Shown: positions 25,001 to 38,199 of the stretch, piece by piece
How positions within the stretch are numbered: the first letter of the stretch is position 1
Layout: the number at the start of each line of letters is the position of its first letter
The notes under the pieces: model-generated
Database searches by the model: none
What the model saw: only the letters and a program-made list of their open reading frames with translations
Told to the model about the DNA's origin: nothing
DNA from: Somniosus microcephalus
Lineage: Eukaryota
Direction: 5' to 3'
DNA: 64,000 bases
NCBI GenBank assembly: GCA_052327205.1
Contig: CM126204.1
Location: 74,400,001 to 74,464,000 of the forward strand
Position numbers and translations under genes: made by a program

Positions 25001-25298
25001 GTACAACTAAGTTATGGTAATTGGCTGGAAGGTAAGAGACAGAGGGCCCGATTTTTGGCTTGTGTGGGAAATGGTCGGGTTTCCCCGAATGTGGGGTTTC
25101 TGACACACAAAAAAATGTGTCAGCCAGCTCCACGCAATTTTCCCTCAAGTGGCCAATTAATTCCCAGCATGTGGGCAGCCTTGCTAATTGTCCAATTCGT
25201 GTCAGAAAGCCCCACAGTATGAAGTCATCATTCGTGGTGCCTTCAAAGTGTCCAGCAAGCTTCTCCACCTCTGCAGGCTTCTCAACCACTCTTGCACA

Positions 25299-25563
25299 AT
25301 GGCAGAGGAGCCTGCACCAGCTGCTGCCAGCGGCAGAGGCCGAGCTGCGGCCAAATTCAACGAGACGTCATTGCAGACCTTGCTGGATGGGGTAAGGGCC
25401 CACAGGGAGGTCCTCTACCCTCGCTCAGGGAGGAAGAGGCCTCCCAAAGAGCGCACGGCTGCCTGGATGGAGGTGGCAGCAGAGGAAAACTCTCTGGGTG
25501 TCACCCGTCGCACCTGGCTGCAGTGCAGGAAGCGCTTCCATGACCTTCACCGCACAGGGAAAG
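25299..25563 (+). pseudogene. Myb/SANT exon 1 of H2 (downstream exons deleted)
   Basis: MAEEPAP...KFNETSLQTLLDGVRAHREVLYP...WMEVA...RRTWLQCRKRFHDL. Confidence 0.8.
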
Positions 25564-25957
25564 CAAGTATGAAGTTTCCATCACCCTCAACCTCATCCCC
25601 ATTGCCTTTCCCCAACAGCACTCAGCTTCAGCAATCTCTTCTTCCACATCCCACTTCACAGTCACAACCATGCACCCTTACCCATTCCGTCTCTCTCTAT
25701 GCTCACATTCACATAACTATTCCACCATCCAGTCTTTTAAATAGTTTTAATGCCATCATTTTCCTGTACATAAAAAATCTGGTGCCAGCTGCTGCAATTA
25801 TGGCGTCTGTCATTTGGCGAATGGGGATGTCACATAGAGGCCTTAGGATAACTTGCAGATGACTTCAAGCTGGCCAAAGTTGTTGGAAAGTGCAGGCATA
25901 GGCCACTGTCCATGGTCAGTTAAGAAGCAGTGAGGCTGCAGTGTTTGATGTACCAGG

Positions 25958-27170
25958 CTACGCAAATCTGCCCAGAATGAGTGCGTTCCTTGCATTCTGC
26001 CCAGCAATGTTCTCGCACACTGGTGCCGCTGGTTGGCGGGCCTCTGCAGGATGCTCGTTTCTGTCCTCCTCCTCCTCCTCCTCCTCCTCCTCCTCAGCAT
26101 CATCCTCATCCGAGGCGGCTCTGTGAGGAGCCTCTTGGTCCTGCGGAATCGGCAAGCCACGACGCTGTGCCATGTTGTGAAGCACACAGCATACCACAAC
26201 GATTTTGGAGACCCTGGCTGATGAGTACTGTAGGGCTCCACCTGATCTATCGAGGCATCTGAAGCGCATCTTCAGCAATCCGATGGTTTGCTCGATAATG
26301 CATCTGGTGGTAATGTGGCTGGAGTTGTAGCGCTCCTCAGCTTCGCTGGCTGGTCTCCTCAACGGCGTCATTAGCCAAGAGCGCAGGGGATATCCCTTGT
26401 CTCCAAGTAGCCATCCTTGAAGTTCGTTTGGCGGACTGAATAGCGGAGGCACAATAGACTGGCGCAGTATGAAGGAGTCATGGCAGCTGCCAGGGAACCT
26501 GGCACAAACATGCAAAATCACCTTCTTGTGGTCACACACCAGCTGAACGTTAAGGGAGTGGAAGCCCTTGCGGTTGACAAAAACTCCTGGATTGCGGTGG
26601 GGTGCCCTAAGGGCCACGTGTGCGGTCAATGACGCCCTGCACCCTTGGAAAGTCTGTCAGCTGAGCGAATCCACGCGCTCGTGCCCTCACACTTGCGCGA
26701 TCCCTGGTGAAATGGATGTGATTGTGCGTGATGGCAAAGAGGGCATCGGTTACCTGCGTGATGCATGTGTGTGTGGCAGCCTGGGAGATGCCGCTGATGT
26801 CTGCTGCTGATCCCTGGAAGGAGCCTGAGGCATAAAAGTTGAGTGCGGTGGTGACTTTGATGGCCACTGGCAAGTAGTGTGGACCTGTTGCTCTGGGCTC
26901 CAGGTCTTGCCGCAGCATTGCGCAGATGTCAGTCACAACCTCTCACGAAAGTCAGAGCCGCCTTTGGCACTGCTGCTCAGTCATGTTGAGGTAGCTGACC
27001 CTGTGTCTGTACACCCTGCTTGGGGGGTATCTCCTGCGCCGACGGCCTTCCATGCGCTGACCCCTTCTGGCCTATGCTGCCTCAGGTGGGTGAGCCGCAG
27101 CCTGCCGCTGTTGCTGGTGATGCTGTTGCTGGAGTTGCTCCAGCCTCCTCTGCTGTTGGAGATCCTCTAA
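25958..27170 (-). pseudogene. Harbinger DDE transposase of H2
   Basis: [54 protein letters not shown]; frameshift near 26620 and two TGA stops near 26945-26956. Confidence 0.9.
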
Positions 27171-29656
27171 TGCCAGGAAGGGAAGGTACCAAAGGCCTGC
27201 CATGCTTCTGGCAGATGCCTCCGTTGAGGAGGCGCTGAGTTAGGGTGGTGAGAGGGACTTCCCAGGAGCTCACACTGGAGAAGTGTGTGAGGCTCCAACT
27301 TTCTACAGCTGTGCCTAAGCCTTCAAAAAGTTCCCCCAAGCCTTCATCAACAAGGCCCTGCAGCTTGCAAATGCTGCCTGTTTAAATCTCTTCAGTCCTC
27401 ATTGACCTGCAGCTGCAAGCAAGCAAGCCAACTGTTTTCACGCCAGGTCTCATCAGCGGGGTTCCCCGCAGGCGTGTTTCACGTGGGGAAAGCCCCAAAA
27501 TCGCAATGGCCCCTGAAATTCTACTTAAACAAGATAATAATTGGTGATTTGTGTTCCGACGGCCAGTCCCGCCAGCGGCGGGCGGGACTGAAGCGGGCCG
27601 CGGAGAAACGGCGGTCCAAAAGTCGGACGGGGCAGGGAATCAGGCGGGGGGGGTCGCGACCCGCTTTTTTGGCGATTTTCGGCCCCCGGCCGCCTGGAAA
27701 GCCGCCCAACGGCTGGCAGAAAATCAGGGCCAGAGAGTAAGCATAAGGGGAACATTCTCTGATTGGTGAGATGTGACAAGTGGTGTTCTCCAGGAATCTG
27801 TACCAGGGCTTCAGCTTTTCACCATTTATATATATATATAAAATGGCTTGAGTGATGTAATAGAGAGTTGTATATCCAAGTTTATCCACATTTAGGAGGC
27901 ACAGTAAATTGTATAGATGGGAGCAGAAAGTTACAAAGGGACATAGATAGACTAAGTGAGTTAACAAAACTATGGCAGATTGATTTCAATGCGGAGAAGT
28001 ATGAAGTCATCCACTTCGGATCTGAGAAAGACAAATCGGAATATGTTCTTAATGGTGAGGGACAAGGGCTGTGGAAGAGGACAAGGATTTATGTGTCCAT
28101 GTACACAAATCACTAAAATCTAATGCACAGGCACAAAAAGTAATCAAAAAGGTTAATCGAATCTTGGCCTTTATCTGAATGGGTTGGAATTAAAAAGTGA
28201 GGAAGTGATGCTTTATTTTTGCAAAGTACTGGTCAGGCCCTATCTGAAGTACTGTGTTCAGTTTTGGGCATCAAATCTCGGGAAAGATATATTGGTCTTG
28301 GAGAGGGTACAGTGCAGATTCACCAGAATGATACCATGGCTAAAAGGGTTAAATTATGAGGACAGGCTTGTATTCCCTTGAGTTTAGAAGGTTAAGGGGT
28401 GATCTAATTGAGGTGTTTAAAATAATAAAGTACTGTATTCAATAGGGTAGATACAGAGAAATTATTTCCTCTGGTGGAGGAATCCAGAACAAGAGAGAGT
28501 AATCTTAAAATTAGAGTTAGGCCATTTAGGAGTGAAATTAGGAAGCACTTTTTCACACAAAGGGTAGTGGAAATTTGGAACTTGCCCCCCAAAAGGCTAT
28601 GGATGCAGGGTCAATTGAAATTTTCAAAAGTGAGATCGATAATTCTTTGTTGGGTAAGGATATCAAGGGATATGGAGCAAAGGTGGGTAAATGGAGTTGA
28701 GGTACAAATAAGCCATGATCTAATTGAATAGTGGAACACATTCAAGGGGCTAAATGGCCTACTCCTGTTCCTATGTTCCTAACTGTGGCTGGAATCATGG
28801 CAACAAAGGAAGTTTTTTGTATTTGAATCTTTCTGTTTACTTTCTTTTGTGAATGTTGTGCTCATTGAGGTGAGGGATGTTAGTGTTGGAGAATAGAACA
28901 CTCCTCATTCTGGGCACCAAGTGTCAGCATCAAACTGCAGCAACTACTTCCCTCTCTGCAAAACAGAATCCTGGACAGATGAGCATGTGTTCACATGCTC
29001 AACTTCTAGGTAACACCTTCCAGCAGCTTTTGTCCCAGCCCTCAGACTTTGTACATATGCCTCTGCATGGCAGAACAAATTATACAGAACATGACAGCAA
29101 GTGCCAGCAACCTTGATGTTCTAGATGTCCAAGTCCAATGCCACCCATCAGGCTTACTCCTCAGTACATATTTAATCCAGGTCCTCAAATTAGGGGTTTT
29201 GGCAAAGAATATGCCCATTTTGAAGCCTCAAGCCAGTGACCTCCCTTCCTTCAACCTATTTTCCACAAATCCACTTGGTCCCAGATCTTGCAAATAGCCA
29301 AAAGAAGCCTTTCATTAATTACCACGAAGCTCCAAGCCATGAAGAGAACTGGTTGGAGCATGTCAACATCTACAAGCTTAACCACATTGGGACTCTGCTC
29401 TCATTGAAGAGAGGGGAGAAAGTCCAGACCAACCTCTTCCCCCTCTGTCTTTAAGATATCTTCTTGAGTCATTCAAAGTCATAGCTTGGGGCACCCACAA
29501 CCATATCATACTTTGTAACCCATTATTAAAGATGGCAGTTGGAGTCCACTAAGTCCCAGTCACATCTGCCAACAACACATGATAAGAAGAATACAATTCT
29601 TTTATAAATGTATGGGACAAACATTCTGATATTGTTCCTTATACTTGTTCCTTAAG

Positions 29657-31725
29657 TGTCAGCCGTGGCTCAGTGGGTAGCAGTGGGTCAGAAGGTTGTG
29701 GGTTCAAGTCCCACTCTAGATGCTTGAGCACAAGAATCTAGGCTGACACTCCAGTACAGTACTGAGGGAGTGCTACACTGTTGGATGAGACGTTAAACCG
29801 ATTATCACATTGCTGTTTGTGGGAGCTTGCTGTGCGCAAATTGGCTGTCACGTTTCCTACATTACAACAGTGACTACAGGCTGGATTTTACAAACCTCGG
29901 CAGGTCCATGGCGGGTGATGCCGTTGGCGAGTCCCAGCCCCGCTGCTGTCTCCATCCCGGCCTCTGAAATTAATTTACCCCGATTGGGCTTGTTAAGCCC
30001 GGCCAATTAGAGGAAGCGGGTCTGGTGACATCATTTGATGATGCGTCATCAGCCAGCTTCCTTAAAGGGACCATGGGCAACTTTCTTCTGACATTTGTGT
30101 TGTCCGTGTTCTACAACATTGAGATGCTGCAAACACTGACAAGCACCGCACAAACGTGCAGGGCTGCATCCAAGCTCTCCCATGACTCCCTCCATATGCT
30201 TATGGAGGGAGTCACAGCATGCAGGGAGGTTCTCATCCCTTCTCATGGGCGGAAGAGACTTCCCTAGGGGATCAACACAGCCTGGTTGCACATTGCACAA
30301 GCAGGGTCAGGACGACCTGGGTGCAGGGCCGCAAACATTTCAATGATCTCAGTAGATCACAAAATGGTACTGCCAAGCCACACCCAACCTCATCCTGCTG
30401 TGCCTCTCATCACATCCCCATCACTATGTCTTCCCTACCCTACTCCTGCACATCCTTACTCACACCAACTTACCTTGCACCTCCACCCATCCCTCTCTAG
30501 TTACATTATCACATCCCCATCTCACTAGCCACCCCTCACACTCACCCTCATCCTAGTGCAATCATACCAACTAACAACACACAAGGGTAGGCACTTGGGT
30601 GTTTTATCCAATGTTCATGTAACGTTTCTGTTAATGTGCTGTCAAACATTGAAATCTTTATTTTCAACAATTTCCGTTCTTGGACAGATTTGAGTGCACC
30701 TTTGGAAGTGGCTTAGTGAAATGGTGAGACATAACGGTACCCCCCGTAATGGTGATGAGTGTGAAAGGAATGGCTTGGACATTGTAGAGATGTCTTATGG
30801 TATTGGTGTTTGGTGGTGCTAACCTGGTGCATCATGTGGCAGCTAGGGTGTACAGCATCAAGTGAAGTAAATCTGGCCATGGTGAGGCCATCCCTGGCAT
30901 CCCGGACAGCAATGTGCTCGGGTGCTGATGCCCTGTGTCCTGTGCAGCATCAGCTGATTGTAGAGAAGGTTGGTGTTGTTGTTGGTGCTGCTGGTGTGCC
31001 TGGTGCTGCTAGTGTGCCTGGTGATGCTGGTGTGCTTGGTGATGCTGGTGTTGGGGCTGATCGTGGTGGGATTCTGAGGACCAAGGTGAGAGAGCTTCAA
31101 GGGCACCCATGCTGATGGAATATATGGCAGGTGAAGTAGAGATGACAGAAGCGATCTGTCAATGGTCGGAGAGGTAATGAAGTCAGACTGGATGGAGACT
31201 CATGTAAAGACTTGCAGCATCCTGAATCTGTAGTGGAAATGCAGTTTAGAGAAGTGTGTGGTTTAGGGGACATTTCTCAATCAGCTCGGAGCATTGACTT
31301 AACATTTGAAGCTGTCAACTCATCAGCTGATTCAGTGGCCACTGGCCTCCCGCCTCAGCTTCACAGACGAGGTCGAGGCACAGTGGGAAACCGGTGGCCG
31401 ATCTGTCAAATCCAAAAAACTGGGGAAAAACCATTGATAAGTGGCTGTAAACAAGTCATTCATGATTTTAATTGCCTCCCCCGCTGCTGCGTGTCAGGTC
31501 TGCTCAGCACTGACAGACCCAACATTTGGTAACGACGCTTGGTGGCAGGTTCGCAGTGGGGTCCCGACCCGCTGGGGGAGAAAAACACTTTCCCACCTGC
31601 CCCGTCACCGATCCCGCCCACTGATGCCCCAGCTCTACATTTCATAAAGTATTTAATTGGCTGTAAAGTGCTTTGGGATGTCCTGAGGTTGTGAAAGGTG
31701 CTATATAAATGAAAGTCTTTCTTTC
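29657..31725 (+). mobile_element. SacSINE1-like SINE split by a Harbinger-derived insertion (29657-29877 + 31639-31725)
   Basis: Head tgtcagccgtggctcagtgggtagc; acaacagtgactac|atttcataaagtatttaattggctgtaaag rejoins; tail gctatataaatgaaagtctttctttc. Confidence 0.8.
29878..31635. mobile_element. Non-autonomous Harbinger derivative with a decayed Myb/SANT exon
   Basis: Left TIR aggctggatttt; degenerate right end ccccagctc; TSD TAC (29875-29877, 31636-31638); remnant REVLIPSHGRKRLP...RTTWVQGRKHFNDLSRS. Confidence 0.72.
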
Positions 31726-34510
31726 AATATAATCTAACACATCATTAATCAAGGCGTTGATTAGGACAGGTTACAATAGAGAATCATAGATAAATCAGCT
31801 CAGTGATTCTCCTATTGGTCTTTGTATGAATGTTGAAACTGCTGTGCACATCTAAGATAGTATGTGGCCATGCAGTTCTAGAACTTCCAGCTTTTTCTTG
31901 AGGATTATGTGAAACATTAAGCTGAAAGCTAATGAAAGCAAAGCAAGTGCATTTCCCCTGAGCCTTATGATGTTCTGTGATCTCGTATAAAGCTACAATC
32001 TGCCCCTTGTATTTTGAATAAGAATGAAATTCAGCCTGCTTCTTTTTGATCATACCTAGGGCATCCAAAGCATATGATATATATATCATGATGATGACCT
32101 GAAGAACTACCTTAAGAGCCACTGAAATCAATGAGATCCCTTGGAAGTCTCATTACCCTTTCTATGGATAGAAACCACCATCACAATCTAGCACATGAAA
32201 GGTTTTCATGGCTCAAACAAAATCTTATTCCCCAGCATCAGAAGGGCAGACCTAGGATAAGTCATTGTTTTATGGCACTGTTCTCTAATTTTGTAACTAT
32301 CATAATCTCATAACTAATCAGGAATTCACTGTGAATAACATCCATACTTGCCCCTTTACTATTCTACTAACTACTTAATTCTGTCTGTGCAGCACACTCC
32401 ACTGGCTTTTCTAATCTCAATGCAGATGGATCCCTCCTAAGGCTTCTTGAGTTGGTTACCAACTCAGTATAGTAGTGTCTACAGATCCTGAAAATATCTT
32501 CATGGATTAGCTGAAGAGCATTGGGCTTATTGGTTGCTGGCAAAAGCCTGGAGGAATGCTTTCAGACATGATTAATGACAATGGAAAAATGATTTAGGTT
32601 TATTTAGTGTAATTGCAAGTCCTCATGGATGAACGCAGCCCAATGATCCTACTTCATCTTCCTAATGACTTTCTTAGCCTCATGATGTGCTGTAGCATCA
32701 TAATTTTCCTTTACTGAGGCTTTTGATTGCTCCAAAGAGACTATTTTAAAGGCCCTACATTCTTGCCTAACTGCTCTTCTTCCCTTTGTACTTATCTTAT
32801 TAGGACCCTGCTTTGTTGATGAGTGGTTCTGGCTTCAGGTTGTTTCTGTCTTTGGCTGTAGACACGAGAAAATCATTGACCACATGACCAACCATTAATT
32901 CTACCTATCAGCAGCCACATAGATCCAGTCCTAGCCTGCATGGGCAACAATATCTTTCTTGTGCTGGGCACCTTCTTGTGCTGGGCACCTTGATTAAATT
33001 GACAGCTCAGAGGTCATCAGCCATTCAACTTAGTAATCATCCCTTGTCATGAGGCTCTTATTTTACCCAAGACAACTAGGAGCTGGCTCCTTAACAAAGA
33101 AGGTAACTAGCCAGTGGTTCAAATTTACCCAGCAACATTGAACAACACAATTAGAAAGCAAAGGGCTTACCAGGCTATTCACAACTGCATAATTAATTGC
33201 TATGCCACTTTGAACTTTGTGCTAATGCTACATAATTGTTGAACTTTGGAAAAGAAGCAGAGAACATTATTGCCAGAAGGACCTTTGAATCATCTTTGAA
33301 GCTCCAGCCTTGATGTATTCCAATCATCCGTAAAGAGAAATGGACAGTCATGAAAGCATTCTGCAAGGCTAGTTGTGATGTAGTTGCAATTTTGACCTTC
33401 TGGCATTCAGCACTATGCAACTTCTATGGTATGCACACAAAACCCACACACCATCGAAGTGTATCTTTTTCCAGTAACAGTTAGCTGAGCATATTCCAAC
33501 TTTCACTGTGAGTCAGTCCATGGTAACAATGGAACCTCAGTCATTGACTTCTTATAGACATTTCCTGAAGAGTGAAGATACAAATCTATTGCTAGGAAGG
33601 AAAATAAATTTCAGGAATTAGTATTCTACGTAACAAAAGAAAAGTCAGACTTTTGAGAGGATTCCCTACACCACAATGGAGTATCTCCAATGCAGGTCAA
33701 AGATGATGGCTGATAACAGTACCAGGAGAATGCATGTATTACCTGCGTTCATAGCTTAAGTGCTTTGACCAAATGAGCTTCTGTCCATCTCCAAGCCAAA
33801 TCACACACTGAACTTTCAGGAACTGGTACTAGATAATGTCACCAATTGAAGGAGTTCACATCAAAGTCCCCATTAGACATCGACAGTTAGATCTCTCACC
33901 TATATGGTAAAACAATAGATCAAGAGGAAGAAAATAAGTTCAGATTTCTGCAAAGGCTTTTATGTATCTAGCAGTAACAAATTCAATAAGTGAACCATTA
34001 TAATCATCAACTTAGATTTAGAGAATGAACTATTAGTTTATTATCTTGTTTAGTAAGTATGTCTTTACTAAAGGATTATGTTATTGTCACTGCATTACAA
34101 TGATATTACTATAATCAAACTGTTAGAGTATCACTATTGCCCTTTTGTATTACCAGCTGTGGTCTGGTTGTATCATCAGCAACACGTGAGCATCCTCAGA
34201 AGTAATACATTATTTTTGGAATAAAGTCAGCATGTGGTAAAAGAGTAGCAATCAGCGTAATATGATTCAGCTAAATAAAAATAGAAAAGTATGAACAGAA
34301 TGGTATGTAACAGAAATGGGATTCAGTGACTTATTCAGTGCCATTAGTTGATCTCCCGTGATATTGCCCACGGAACATAAGGAGTAGGCTATTCAGCCGC
34401 TTGAGCTCCACCATTCATTTGGACAATGGCTGTTCTGCACCTCACCTCCATTTACCCACCTGTACACTAGCTTTTAGTGATTTGTGCACATGGACACCTA
34501 AACTCCTTTG

Positions 34511-37500
34511 TCATAGAGTTATACAGCACAGAAAGAGGCCCTTCGGCCCATCGTGTCCATGCTGGCCATCAATCCTTGTCTATTCTAATCCTATTTTCCA
34601 GCACTTGGTCCGTAGCCTTGCATGCTATGGCGTTTCAAGTGCTCATCTAAATGCTTCTTGAATGTTGTGAGGTTTCCTGCCTCTACCACCCTTGCAGGCA
34701 GTGAATTCCAGATTTCAACCACCCTCTGGGTGAAAAGGTTTTTCCTCAAATCCCCTTTAAACCTCCTGCCCCTTATCTTGAAACTATGCCCCCTGGTTAT
34801 TGACCCCTCTACTAAAGGGAAAAGTTCCTTTCTATCTACCCTATCTACACCCCTCATAATTTTGTACACCTCAATCAGGTCCTCCCTCAGCCTTCTCTGC
34901 TCTAAGGAAAACAACCCTAGCCTGTCCAGTCTCTCTTCATAGCTGAAGCGCTCCAGCCCAGGTAACATCCTGGTGAATCTCCTCTGCACCGTCTCCAATG
35001 TAATCACATCCTTCCTATAGTGTGGCGACCAGAACTGCACACAGTATTCCAGCTGTGGCCTAACGAACGTTTTGTACAGCTCCATCATAACCTCCCTGCT
35101 CCAATATTCTATGCCTCGGCTAATGAAGGCAAGTATCCCATATGTCTTTTTAACCACCTTATCTACCTGTCCTGCTGCCTTCAGGGATCTATGCACATGC
35201 ACACCAAGGTCCCTCTGATCCTCTGTCCTTCCTAGGGTCCTACTATTCATTGTGTATTCTCTTGCCTTGTTAGTCCTCACACTTTTCAGGGTTAAATTCC
35301 ATTTGCCACTGTTCTGCCCATCTAACCAACCCGTCTATATCGTCCTATAGCCTGAGGCTTCCCTCCTCGCTATTTACCACTCCACCAATTTTCGGGTCAT
35401 CTGCAAACTTACTGATCATACCTCCTACATTCATATCTAAATCATTAATGTACACTATAAACAGCAAAGAACCCAGCACCGATCCCTGCGGTACACCACT
35501 GGACCCAGGCTTCCAGTCACAAAGACAATCTTCGACCATCACCCTGTGCCTCCTGCCACTAAGCCAATTTTGGATCCAATGTGCCAAATTGCCCTGGATC
35601 CCATGGGCTCTTACCTTCTTGACCAGTCTCCCATGTGGGACTTTGTCAAAAGCCTTACTGAAGTCCATGTAGACTACATCAACTGCACTACCCTCATCCA
35701 CACACCTAGTCACCCCCTCGAAAAATTCAATCAAATTGGATAGACATCATTTCCCCCTGACAAAGCCATGCTGACTATCCTTGATTAATCCTTGCCTCTC
35801 CAAGTGGAGACTAATTCTGTCCCTCAGAATTTTTTCCAATAATTTCCCTACCACTGATGTTAGGCTCTCTGGCCTGTAATTCCCTGGTTTATCCCTACTA
35901 CCCTTCTTGAATAATGGTATTCAAGCTTTTGTAGCTTTTCTCCAGTCCTCTGGCACCTCCCCTGTGGCCAGAGAGGTTCTGAAAATTTGTGTCAGAGCCC
36001 CTACAATCTCCTCCTTTGCCTCACACAACAGCCTGGGATACAGCTCATCTGGGCCTGGGGATTTATCTACTTTTAAGCCCGCTAAAACCATTAGTACCTC
36101 CTCCCTCTCAATACTAATTTGTTCAAGTATATCACAATCCCCCTGCCTGATTTCTATGCCTACATCGTCCTTTTTCATAGTGAACACAGATGCAAAATAT
36201 TAATTTAAAACCTCACCTACATCTTCCGGCTCTACACACAGATTGCCACTTTGGTCCCTAATGGGCCCTACTGTTTCCCTGGTTATCCTCTTGCCCTTAA
36301 TATACTTATAAAACACCTTGGGATTTTCCTTTATTTTGCCCACCAGTGTTTTTTCATGCCCACTCTACGCTCTTCTAATTTCTTTTTTAAGTACCCCCCT
36401 GCACTTTCTATACTCCTCTAGGGCTTCCACTGTTTTTAGTCCTTTGTATCTGCCAAAAGCCTCCTTTTTTTTCCTAATCCATTCTTGTATATCCCTTGAC
36501 ATCCAGGGTTCCCTGGGATTGTTGGTCCCACCCTTGACCTTTATGGGAACATGTTGGCGTTGTACTCTCTCTATTTCCTTCCTGAAAGACTCCCACTGCT
36601 CTGATGTGGATTTTCCTACAAGTAGCTGATCCCAGGCCACTTTAGCCAGATCCTGCCTTATCATATTAAAAATGGCCTTCCCCCCAATTTAGAACCTTTA
36701 TTTCCGGTCCATCTTTGTCCTTTTCCATGACTACCTTAAATCTCACCGAATTATGGTCACTGTCACCAAAATGCTCTCCTACTGACACTTCTACCACTTG
36801 CCCGGCTACATTCCCTAGAATTAGGTCCAGTACCACCCTCTCTCTTGTAGGACTTTCTACATGCTGGCTCAAAAAGCTCTCATGGATGCACTTTAAGAAT
36901 TCTGCACCCTCTAAGCCTTTCATACTCTGACTATCCCAGTTAATATTGGGGAAGTTGAAATCCCCTACTATTATTACCCTATTATTTCTACACTTCTCTG
37001 AGATTTGCCTACATATCTGTTCCTCTATCTCCCCCTGACTGTTTGGGGGCCTATAGTACACTCCCAGCAAAGTGCTTGCCCCCTTTTTGTTTTTAAGTTG
37101 TACCCATATGGCCTCATTAGAGGAACCTGCTAAGATATCATCCCTCCTTACAGCAGTAATTGACACTTTGATTAATATTGCGACACCTCTTTTACACCCC
37201 CCTCTGTCTCGCCTGAAGACTCTATACCCCAGAATATTTGGCTGCCAGTCCTGCCCCTCCCTCAACCATGTCTCTGTGATAGCAACAATATCATACTCCC
37301 ATGTGTTCATCAACACCTTCAATTCATCTGCCTTACTCGTAAGACTCCTTGCATTAAAATAAATGCCATCCAGCCTTGCCGTACTCCTATGTGCCGTTAC
37401 ATATTTGCTCTGCCTTCCAGGCTGACTTGCTTTTTCCTCTATTATAGTTCCACTCCATATCCCATCCCCCTGCCAAGTTAGTTTAAACACCCTCCAACAG

Positions 37501-38160
37501 CACTAGCTGTTAAACAACCTCCCCGCAAGGATGTTGGTCTCGTTCCGGTTCAGGTGTAACCCGTCCGACTTGTACAGGTCCCACCTTCCCCAGAAGCAGA
37601 CCCAGTGATCCAGGAAACTAAAGCCCTCCCTCTTGCACCAACTCTTTAGCCAATCATTCATCTGCTCTATCCTCCTGTTCCTATACTCACTAGCACGTGG
37701 CACCGGGTGTAATCCAGAGATTACAACCTTTGAGGTCCTGTTTTTTAATCTGCTACCTAGCTCCCTAAATTCTTGTTGCAGGACCTCATCCCTCTTTCTA
37801 CCCATGTTGTTGGTACCAATGTGAACCACAACCTCTGACTGTTCGCCCTCCCCCTTCAGAATGCCCTGCAGCTGTTCAGTGACATCCTTAACCCTGGCAC
37901 CAGGGAGGCAACATACCATCCTGGAGTCACGTCTGCGGCCACAGAAACGTCTATCTGTTCCCCTTACGCTAGAATCCCCTATCACTATTGCTCTCCCACT
38001 CTTTTTCCTCCCCTCCTGTGCAGCTGAGCCATTTGTAGTACCATGGACTTGGCTCTTGCTGCATTCCCCTGAGAAACCATCTCCCCCAGCAGTATCCAAA
38101 ATGGAAAATCTGTTGGAGAGGGAGATGGACCCAGGGGACTCCTGCACTACCTTCCTAGTT
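34511..38160 (-). mobile_element. Near full-length CR1 LINE (ORF1 esterase + ORF2 APE/RT), degenerate
   Basis: ORF1 37503-38147 with SGNH/GDSL motifs (IVIGDS, PGA, HIGTNN, DGLHLN); ORF2 YFNARSL, AITETWL, GDFN, SDHN, KSPGPD, DFSKAFDKVPH, GVPQGSVLG, FADD. Confidence 0.93.
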
Positions 38161-38199
38161 CTTTACTCTTTGCTCCTCCATTACTCCTACTCTCTCACC

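Larger units (their letters stand above)
25044..27731. mobile_element. PIF/Harbinger transposon H2 with internal deletion (2.7 kb)
   Basis: TIRs gggcccgatttttggc / ggcagaaaatcagggcc; TSD AGA (25041-25043, 27732-27734); Myb exon 1 on +, transposase on -. Confidence 0.9.
25010..28780 (+). mobile_element. Older CR1 3' fragment split by Harbinger H2 (25010-25043 + 27735-28780)
   Basis: GNWLEGKRQ|RVSIRGTFSDW rejoins across the insertion; LVRPYLKYCVQFW, FFTQRVVEIWN; tail cctatgttccta. Confidence 0.85.

Noticed and set aside
31750-34350. Possible extra USH2A exon or ancient LINE in unannotated sequence
   Set aside because: No Cys-rich or FN3-like frame with splice sites, and the flanking exons already join in phase; only a faint GDFD-like peptide on the minus strand near 33860, too weak to call.
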